A DNA stretch of 64,000 bases, taken from assembly GCA_002633005.1 (NCBI GenBank), contig NMRA01000198.1, positions 194,045 through 258,044 on the forward strand, written 5' to 3'. This document shows positions 13,102-23,040 of the stretch, in pieces (the first letter of the stretch is position 1; every line of letters starts with the position of its first letter). A program made the translations under genes and the position numbers. Under the pieces are notes generated by a model, which worked only from the letters and a program-made list of their open reading frames with translations, made no database searches and had not been told where the DNA came from. The DNA is from Phoronis australis (Eukaryota; Animalia; Phoronida).

Positions 13102-16100
13102 TAGACAAGTGAAATCCGTTGTTATTTAAGTAATCAACTACAAAGAAGAGTAACTACGTTAGCGCCCTCTTTAAACATTACTTCAATCAATCAACCAAAA
13201 AAATCAAATGTCTTATCTGCTATCCAAGTTGTAGGACTCTTCACTTGCTGGATGACGGTGAATCTTCGAACTACACACACTGTAATGCGACAGTGTATTT
13301 GCTGGTCACAGTCTCTGGTGACAAAACGCTTGCAGGCAATATCTTCTACCCACGATTCCTCTTGCTGGTCGCAGTCTCTGGTGACACAATATGTATGGGC
13401 ATTATCTTACTACCCACAATGCAAGTGACAAGCTCCTACTTAACTTCCTGTTCGTTAAAAACAAGTTTTCAGACTTGATTAAAATTTATTATTTTCCAGT
13501 TCATCATCTTATTTTCAATACAAAGACAACAGGGAAGTTGCCAGAAAAAATTTTTTGAGACTACTTGAACAAGCTTTTGACATAGGCAGTTCTGGGCTCA
13601 TAACAGCCTCAGTCAGCAATGTCTTGGGGTTGGCTGCCAGCTCCCATCATAGCCGTGACTAATTCTTCGTTTTTTCAAAAAATTGAGGAATTGAACACCA
13701 AAAAGCAATGCAATAACTTCAAATTGTGACAGGGAGTAGAATTAATGTGATCAACTTTAAATTTCACCCTCTGGTTTAAGGGGACACACTGCAGTTGCTA
13801 CAGGCTTTTGGCTGCCGACACACCGAAGTAGAGATTAGCCCTTTCCTTGTGTGCTAATCGAGTGTCTGAAAAAACCAAGGAGTTTTGTAGCATTCCCAAC
13901 ACATAAACACTACTCATGATAACCGGAACCTAATTACGCTACAGATTTTTAATCGGTTAATTCACTTCGGAAAAAAATCCCTGGACATAAAAATATTACC
14001 AAAAAAAACAACAAAATTTGGCAGTTTTCTCCCAAAAACTGCCACTTCCCTGCAAGTGCTAGGAAAAATCCAACTACATATTCAGAATGCTGGCACTCTT
14101 TAAATTCTAAAATTGTGGTAATAGTATGCCCTTTACCAGCTACATTTTTGGCAATTTTGATCTGTCTGACAGCCACCTGAAATCGCACCCGGTTTCTTGG
14201 ACAGCAGGCGACAGGGGTTGAAAGCAAGTGACCTCCACCGTTTTGCATCAAAAGTAGGTCACGGCTAAAAAAACTTGGCCTTTCTCATTGAAAAACACAA
14301 GTAAATCAGTTTCCTGGCATTTGCTTTCAACAAATTCCTCGAACAACTAGCCAAACCTGACATACGCGCCCTGTACATAAATTCTGGGCACTACAAAATG
14401 CCCTTGGCTACAGCCTAACTGTTCAGTGCTACCTTACACTTGCCCTTTGCCCACATGCTCTCTAGAATCGTCCACGAGATGGCTGTGTTGTGCAATTTCG
14501 TCTGTACACTGTAGCAAGTCTTTATGCTTCAACTAATATAGCTCACCGCTTCGACAGGCGGGCTAAACCAGGTTGAGGGTAGCTGACGGGTCTCAAACCC
14601 TCGGTGAGTTAGGGACTGCCTACCCTAGCATGTGAAGACTGGCTCCGGCAGACTGAGCGGAAGAGACCCCCAGTGGTCCAACGGTCAAGACGGCGGTTTC
14701 AGCAAGCGCTGTGGAGCGCTCAGAGCACGACGAGGCACCAGAGAAGTCATGGTCATCCACTGCAGCAGGGGTAACCTCCAGCCGTAACAGTTTTCTGTGC
14801 CACTGGATCAAGGTTTCCTCAGCCGAGAGAGTGAGATTGCCCCAGTGCAACGGCTTTACCACTTTAAAAACCATCACGCACAGGTTTGTTGTGTGTTTCA
14901 TCATTTCCGTTCTGCTCTAAGAAGTTCTTCAGCGCCCTAAAATCAGTGTATGGCCCGTCTAGAACAGGATGCTCTCCTTTGTTGTCTTCTGACGGATCGA
15001 GACTCATCAAAGACCAGGAAGGACTAAGAGACCGCTGGGCTGAACACTTCAGCACTCTGCTAAACAGGCCATCCACAGTTGACCCTTCTGCTCTAGAACA
15101 GATCCCGCAGCAACCCATGCTTGAAGAACTGGACTTACCACCGTCCATAGAGGAGATTGAGAAAGNTAGACAAGTGAAATCCGTTGTTATTTATATAATC
15201 AACTACAAAGAAGAGTAACTACGCTAGCGCCCTCTTTAAACATCACTTCAATCAATCAACCAAAAAATCAAATGTCTTATCTGCTTTCCAAGTTGTAGGA
15301 CTCTTCACTTGCTGGATGACGGTGAATCTTCGAACTACACACACTGTAATGCGACAATGTATTTGCTGGTCACAGTCTCTGGTGACAAAACACTTGCAGG
15401 CAGTATCTTCTACCCACGATTCCTCTTGCTGGTCACAGTCTCTGGTGACACAATATGTATGGGCATTATCTTACTACCCACAATGCAAGTGACAAGCTCT
15501 TACTTAACTTCCTGTTCGTTAAAAAACAAGTTTTCAGACTTGATTAAAATTTATTATTTTCCAGTTCATCCTCTTATTTTCAATACAAAGACAACAGGGA
15601 AGTTGCCAGAAAAAATTTTTTGAGACTACTTGAACAAGCTTTTGACATAGGCAGTTCTGGGCTCATAACAGCCTCAGTCAGCAATGTCTTGGGGATGGCT
15701 GCCAGCTCCCATCATAGCCGTGACTAATTCTTCGTTTTTTTCGAAAAAATTGAGGAATTAAACACCAAAAAGCAATGCGATAACTTCAAATTGTGACAGG
15801 GAGTAGAATTAATGTGATCAACTTTAAATTTCACCCTCTGGTTTAAGGGGACTCACCGCAGTTGCTACAGGCTTTTGGCTGCCGACACACCGAAGTAGAG
15901 ATTGGCCCTTTCCTTGTGTGCTAACGAGTGTCTGAAAAAACCAAAGAGTTTTGTAGCATTCCCAACACATAAACACTACTCATGATAACCGGAACCTAAT
16001 TACGCTACAGATTTTTAATCGGTTAATTCACTTCGGAAAAAATCCCTGGACATAAAAATATTACCAAAAAAAAACAAAATTTGGCAGTTTTCTCCCAAAA

Positions 16101-17207
16101 ATTGCCACTTCCCTGCAAGTGCTAGGAAAAATCCAACTACATATTCAGAATGCTGGCACTCTTTAAATTCTAAAATTGTGGTAGTAGTATGCACCTTACC
16201 AGCTACAGTTTTGGCAATTTTGATCTGTCTGACAGCCACCTGAAATCGCAACCGGTTTCTTGGACAGCAGGCGACAGGGGTTGAAAGCAAATGACCGCCA
16301 CCGTTTTGCATCAAAAGTAGGTCACGGCTAAAAATACTTGGCCTTTCTCATTGAAAAACACAAGTAAATCAGTTTCCTCGCATTTATTTTCAACAAATTC
16401 TGACATATGCGCCCTGTACATAAATTCTGGGCACTACAAAATGCCCTTGGCTACAGCCTAACTGTTCAGTGCTACCTAACACTTGCCCTTTGCCCACATT
16501 TTCTCTAGAATCTTCCACGAGATGGCTGTGTTGTGCAGTTTCGTCTGTACACTGTAGCAAGTCTTTATGCTTCAACTAATATAGCTCACCGCTTCGACAG
16601 GCTGGCTAAACCAGGTTGAGGGTAGCTGACGGGTCTCAACCCTCGGTGAGTTAGGGACTGCCTACCCTAGCATGTGAAGACTGGCTCCGGCAGACTGAGC
16701 GGAAGAGACCCCCAGTGGTCCAACGGTCAAGACGGCGGTTTCAGCAAGCGCTGTGGAGCGCTCAGAGCACGACGAGGCACCAAAGAAGTCATGGTCATCC
16801 ACTGCAGCAGAGGTAACTTCCAGCCGTAACAGTTTTCTGTGCCACTGGATCAATGTTTCCTCAGCCGAGAGAGTGGGATTGCCCCAGTGCAACGGCTTTA
16901 CCACTTTAAAAACCATCACACACAGGTTTGTTGTGTGTTTCATCATTTCCGTTCTGCTCTAAGAAGTTCTTCAGCGCCCTAAAATCAGTGTATGGCCCTT
17001 CTAGAACAGGATGCTCTCCTTTGTTGTCTTCTGACGGATCGAGCCTCATCAAAGACCAGGAAGGACTACGAAACCGCTGGGCTGAACACTTCAGCACTCT
17101 GCTAAACAGGCCACCCACAGTTGACCCTTCTGCTCTAGAACAGATCCCGCAGCAACCCATGCTTGAAGAACTGGACTTACCACCGTCCATAGAGGAGATT
17201 GAGAAAG
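13102..17207 (+). repeat. Tandem ~2.05-kb near-identical duplication (13102-15165 and 15167-17207) joined by a single n
   Basis: Both copies start tagacaagtgaaatcc and end gagattgagaaag, with scattered SNPs and indels. There is an n at 15166. Confidence 0.95.
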
Positions 17208-18948
17208 CCATATCCCAGATGAATAGTGACAGAGCCTCAGGAAAGGATGGCATCCCTGCTGAGATCTATAAGGCATATCTGCCTTCCACGACATCCTGAA
17301 CATCATCTGGGAGGAAGAGGTCATGCCAGACGACTTCCGCGACGCCTTGATCGTTGTTCTCTATAAAAACAAGGGAAGCAAAGCGGACTGTGGAAACTAC
17401 AGGGGCATCTCATTGCTCTCTATCGCCGGCACGATCTTCGCTCGCATCATTCTGAACAGACTTGTCACCGTCTCGTAGCATAATCTACCGGAATCGCAGT
17501 GTGGCTTCCGGCCACGACGCAGTACGGTGGACATGATCTTCGCTCTGAGGCAGGTTCAAGAGAAGTGCATTGAACAGAACATGGCCCTCTACTCAGTCTT
17601 CATAGACCTGACTAAGGCCTTCGACACTGTCAACCGAGAGGCTCTGTGGACAGTCCTGAGTCGATATGGCTGCCCCCGAAAGTTTGTTAAGATGGTGCGA
17701 CTCTTCCATGATGGCATGCCAGGTCAGGTCCTCGCAAACGGCGATACTTCAGCCACCTTTGACATCTCAAATGGAGTGAAGCAGGGTTGTGTGCTCGCGC
17801 CTGTTCTGTTTAACCTCTTCTTCACGTGAATGTTGACCCAAGCTGTGCAGAGACTAGAGGAGGGTGTGTACATCAAATATCGCCTCGGCGGCTCCTTCTT
17901 CGATCTAAGGCGCCTTAGTGCAAAGACAAAGTGCCTGAAAAAACTAATCCAGGACGCACTTTTTGCGGATGATTGTGCGCTCCTTTCCCACAATGAGAAT
18001 GACCTACAACTCATGCTGGACAGCTTCTCGAATGCTTCCAAAGCATTCGGCTTGACCATAAGCCTCGGCAAGACAGAAGTGCTTCTTCAACCTGCACCCA
18101 ACACCAATCCCCGGAGCCAGTCATTACCACCGACAACAAGCAACTCCTCAATGTGGACCACTTCAAATACCCGGGGAGCGTCATCTCAAAAGATGGCAGA
18201 TTAGACAAAGAGATTGCTTCCAGGACAAGCAAGGCGAGCCAAGCACTCGGAAGACTGAGAACACGGGTGCTCAACGAGCACAACATCCGCCTGTCTACTA
18301 AACTGAAGGTGTATTCTTCAGTGGTCCTGACCTCTCTGCTCTATGGCTGCGAGTCATGGACCCTCTACCTCAGACACATCAAGAAGCTTGAGAGCTTCCA
18401 CATGCGTTCTCTTCGCTCCATCCTAGGAATCCGATGGCAGGACCGAATCACCAACCTTGAGGTCCTAGAACGTGTCCAGTCAACCAGTATTGAAGCGATG
18501 CTACTCAAGGCCCAACTGCGATGGGTGGGGCACATCATCAGGATGGAGGACTACAGAATGCCTCGCCAGGTTTTGTATGGCGAGCTGAAGACTGGGAGAA
18601 GGAAGCAAGGACGCCCTCGCCTTCACTACAAAGACACCGTCAAAGCCAACCTGAAGTGGTGCAACATCAAACCCAAGGAGCTGAAAGCAGTTGCAGGAGA
18701 GAGACAAAAGATGCGAGCCACGATTCGAAAAGCAACTGCAAGTTTTGAGGGTGACAGCTGTAAGAGACTCGAAGCTGCTCGAGAGAAACGCCACTCAGCC
18801 GCATCCACCACTGTTACCACGACGGAGTTCCAATGCCCCGCCTGTGCTCGACTCTGTGCGTCAAGACTGGGACTGCAGAGCCGTCTTCGTGTACATAGAC
18901 GATGAGACACACAACCTACGTCATCTTCGGACCCGAAGGACTACCAAC
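16589..18948 (+). mobile_element. RTE-clade LINE, internally deleted and inactive (its 5' part is also duplicated at ~14546-15165)
   Basis: RT motifs NYRGISLLS, VFIDLTKAFDTV, GVKQGCVLAP, LFADD and a C-terminal CPACARLCASRLGL..HRR zinc knuckle. Stops and frameshifts are present. TSD AATATAGCTCA at 16578-16588 and 18949-18959. The 5' UTR is fused directly to the mid-ORF, and the APE domain is absent. Confidence 0.93.
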
Positions 18949-20615
18949 AATATAGCTCATCTGAATATCCTTTTAATTTTAGCCCAAGTTAAAACAATCT
19001 ACTTATTTAGCGATTGGCTAATAAAAACCACATGATCATATCCAATCATATCATAGGCTGTTACGATTTGTTCTCAGAAATTTCCAGAATCTCTATAGTG
19101 CTTTGACCTCAGAACCAAAGTTGTAAACACCATCTAAAAATAGATTTTGACGTTCAAATGTCAACAATGTGTGACCTCATGATTTAAAAGTAAATAATAT
19201 GCACAAATTTTGGGCAACTTGAAATGGATCTATACTTACTAATTACTTAATCAATATTTATTCTGACAGTTGTAATGAAGCAATAGTGCAAGTGAGATCA
19301 TCTCACAGAAGATTCTGGAAAGGGTCTTGCACAAAGACTAAAGAACAATTTACAGTTGTGTTTGCTCTTGTGTATTGTAGGTGGTGACAAACTACCAAAA
19401 TATGTTACGTCACAACGAATTTGAACAGCAAAACGCATCGTAGGCAGTGACTCAAGGGCACTGCCGACACGTATTTCGTCTCAAAAAAGTGTGACCAGTG
19501 AAGTATGACATGAATAGTGGATTCTACCGCGTTGGCCGATGTCACGAAAGATTGTAGACAGCAAGAGCTGCTATAGTAGGGTGGGAGATAATTGTCGCTG
19601 GTACAAGGACTGACCAACAGGACTTGCCAAACGCCGTGTGAACACCTGATTCCAGAAGTGACCAACAGGGTCGTCGCTGAAGGAATATCAAAAAATAGAA
19701 TATTTGACTTTGATTTTTAATCGTGATTTAATTAAAGGACTCCCTACAGGGCGCGCCAGCATAGTTACGGGGCACTGTCAGTATTTACAAATCTCACCTG
19801 TGTTAATTGGGATTGTTGCACTATAAACTGACGTTTTAACAATCTGCAATTAATTAGGTCACGTGGTCATCGTTTTAGTAAAACTTCGAAAACTAAAAGT
19901 AAATTTATAGCAAAACAGCGATATGTAACACATGATCATATTATGTTTCATTCAAATGTTCAAGATGAAATCTTAATAACGCTGATACTGTTGTCTAAAT
20001 TATTAATGACATTTTCATTTTGCGCAACTTTTCAGTTATTCCACAAAAATCCTAAATTTCTATTTTGATAGCTCTTCACGCAAATGTGGAACATTTTAAA
20101 CACTGTTTCCAATAAAAGATTGGATATATGCAAAAACATATGGAATTTCAAGCAACAACTAGAATTCCTAAACGAGTAAAATGTAAAAAGTATTGGTTTA
20201 TTAGTATCAGCAAAGTTTCAGTCTTGGACACAACTACATGTCTTAAAGGAGAATGCCACCCGATTTAATTTTACCGTCTTAAAGGCGAAGGCAACCTTTT
20301 TCCATATCATTTTGAGCTAAAATAAGGTTGGTTGGTTATCCTAGACATATTTTCCACTTAATTACAGCTTTTCGTAATTTTATAGATTACTCGTCCGCTA
20401 CTCCGGAAGTGACGTTTTAGGAGGCAAGCGTTTCCCGCCACTTGGTTTTGGGTTGACTTTACCGTGCGAAACTGTTCTGTTCTACTTTTGTTTGTGCTGT
20501 TTTTCAACAATTGTCGCCACCACTTTCTGTCGGCGAGTATTCTGCGGCAAGATAGGTTAGTAGAGAACTCAACTACGTTGGATTTAGGGATTGTTTAGTG
20601 TGTTGTAAGCTGAAA

Positions 20616-20920
20616 ATGGCTGGAGCCGGTGACCCGTATCACAGTGACAGTAGTGTGAGTGACGGAGACCTTTTTCACAGCAGTGGTGACGAGGAATTTT
20701 TTCACGGACATTCAGTGGGTGGGTACATGTTTGAGCCCGAGTGTAACGAGGCAGAGTACGCACAGGCACAGGCAGCTGTTGAGAGAAACGAGGCGGGTAC
20801 TGAGGACAGACGTGGTGACACATCTTGGTGCAAATGCACTGTGTGCGTTGTTATGCCTACCTCAGTGGAATGCTTGTGCTGTTCAGATTTCGACGAGGCC
20901 AAGCCATTACTGGACATGGT
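20616..20920 (+). pseudogene. KolX-like protein N-terminal fragment (P2X7 C-terminal ballast / Zn-coordinating domain-like)
   Basis: GYMFEP...RRGDTSWCKCTVCVVMPTSVECLCC matches the YxFEP / WCxCxxCxxMxTxxExxCC motif of that family. It is truncated at the deletion junction. Confidence 0.8.
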
Positions 20921-21708
20921 TAAGTGGACCTCCGGCATACCACGGACAGAGGAAAACTGTCCCACTTGCCAGAGTGTCCCGCGACACACTCCCACTGGAT
21001 GGTGACCTGAGCACCCAAACTGCTTACATCGTGTCGTGTGACTCCCTCGCCACACACCTGGCACCTTCTAAATAGCTCCAACACTTTAGACAAGTCCACA
21101 ATAAACTTATCAAAGTTTGGCTCACCGAACTGTTCACTGGACGACGAACTGTCCTCTTCACTGGGTGTCGAACTGAGCCTGTAATCACTCCCACTACTCA
21201 ATATCGCTGCAGGGCTGCTTAGAGGCTCTGGGCTGGAGAAAACAGCACAGAACGAATCACTAATGGTTCCAGGAATTGCACGCTCTGGGGTACGTTCGGA
21301 GGCACGGGTGACAGTAGATGAAGTGCCTCCACTGGCTCCAGTCACTGTACTGGCCACAGCTCGCGAGGCTTCTCGCTTCAAGTACGCACTTCTCGAGGGT
21401 GGCGACGAGGCACTGCCGGGAATCAACACAGACGGAATGACAACCTTCTTCAGACGTTGTTTCGCAGGGACCTTTATCAGTTCAGCGTACAAATCCCTTT
21501 CGTAATCGGACGGCAGAAAGTGCTCGCCACACACACGGTAATTCTCCACTGGTTTGTACGTTGCGTGGACTGGTAACGCTGCGTTCTTCACACGAAAGAG
21601 CCAAGTACGGCGAAGTGTGTCATCCATCGGAAAGCGATGCACAGGTACTCCCAAAGCGCACGTGGGCCGATAATTAGTATATCCTGGTACGCAGCAACAG
21701 TGTGGCAT
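20920..21708 (-). pseudogene. THAP-domain transposase N-terminal fragment (Kolobok)
   Basis: MPHCCCVPGYTN...HRFP...W...RVCGEHF...L...IPS (THAP, second Zn Cys appears replaced by Tyr), then KFIV..S..LELFRRCQVC...C..GH...W.S.P. The catalytic core is missing. Confidence 0.85.
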
Positions 21709-22094
21709 ATTCACTGACTAGTAAATGAAAGCAAACGGCGACGGAGCTTGACACAACCGAGGTAGAACAATGACTGACTCGGCAGCTCTCACAGTCAGAC
21801 TATATGAAAAGAAATTGGCGCGAAATGCTTGCCTCCTAAAACGTCACTTCCCAAAGAGCGGACGAGTAATTAATAAAATTACGAAAAGCTGTAATTAAGT
21901 GGAAAATATGAAAAGGATAACCAACCAACCTTATTTCAGCTCAAAATGACATGGAAAAAGGTTGCCTTCGCCTTTAATCGGTCACCTCGTATACGGTCGA
22001 TCTTACCTCGCCGAGAGGTGTCGCGTTAACCTGTGAGGAAGGTAATAAACGACTCAGCAGCGTCAGTGGTTCTTCTGCAGATTGAGTGCCGCTA

Positions 22095-22280
22095 TGGTGT
22101 GGTGTATCGTTCCCGCTTGTGCGAACTATGATGCTGCGGTGAGTATATTGAGTTTTCGATTTCCTCGAGAGCTCATAATGCTTCGGAAGTGGCTCGGGGT
22201 TGTGAAGAATGAAAAATACGCCGTTAATACCAAGTATGAGGCCGTGAAACTTTTCTGTGTCTGTCAGTGGGCTGCATTTC
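22095..22280 (+). pseudogene. Second, older THAP-domain remnant
   Basis: MVWCIVPACANY...SFRFPRE...RKWLGVVKN..Y.VNTKYEAVKLFCVC, similar to the inner THAP ORF. Confidence 0.7.
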
Positions 22281-22432
22281 GTCGGATCGGTTGTTGATCA
22301 GTTTTTGATTATGGAGAATTGTAGTTGGCCATGAAAACATGAACAATTACAATTAATTCAAGGTGTGAGATTATAACGTTTTATATCAAACCTGTTTGAC
22401 GACTGACTCGTTCACGAGGCTTTTGTTTGGTT

Positions 22433-23040
22433 CTCGTGGATTTTGGAGAATTATCAACCTCGGGGCTAACACCCCTCGGGCGATAATTCTCCAAAGTCCA
22501 CTCGGTCTCTAGATAATGGGGATAACGACTTCGCCATGTAATTATCTATATTTATACTACAACACTAGCCTCGAATGGCAGATACAACCGTGTAATAACC
22601 CATAAAGTTATCTCACTCGTGGGATAACATTTTGGCGGGAAACCGATGCCGGATTCGCACCCGTGCCTCAAGAGTTTCGAGTCGCCGACTCAGCGGCTGA
22701 CGTCATCGAACGTGAAAATAGAATACTTATATGAGCACGCGCAATAATTGCATGTTCGGAAAAGTGCATTCCACCGACATTTATACACTATGAAAAATAA
22801 GACGCATAATTTCCATAAAAACGATAAATTAAGTCAGTGAAATTTTTCTCTCGTGTTATCTCACTTGTAAATCACCGATCTCCAACTTGAATGCGGGCAT
22901 CGTGTCGTCGGTATCCTTTGACTTGAGCATTATAGTCAGTTACTAGTGGTAACCTATTTTAGCAAGCGATAATTCTCCAAAATCCACGAGATCCCTAGAA
23001 TACGGAGGATAACGACTGAGAACATGTAATAATCTATATT
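22433..23040. repeat. Mixed inverted/direct repeat structure, probably a non-autonomous TE
   Basis: 22433-22455 is the perfect reverse complement of 22968-22990. There is a local hairpin at 22437-22500 and a direct repeat ~22480-22551 / ~22966-23040. Confidence 0.6.

Larger units (their letters stand above)
20283..21973. mobile_element. Kolobok DNA transposon, internally deleted non-autonomous copy
   Basis: TTAA TSDs at 20279-20282 and 21974-21977, AGG...CCT termini, ~158-bp imperfect TIRs (20283-20440 / 21816-21973), and convergent KolX-like and THAP-transposase ORFs. Confidence 0.9.

Noticed and set aside
13245-16314. Duplicated 77-104-aa ORFs (MLDDGESS..., MMQNGGGH...) as paralogous genes
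   Set aside because: They have non-ATG starts and no recognisable motifs, and they recur only because of the 2-kb duplication.
20659-21505. Additional overlapping ORFs inside the Kolobok
   Set aside because: Alternative-frame and antisense shadows of the GC-richer KolX and THAP coding sequence.
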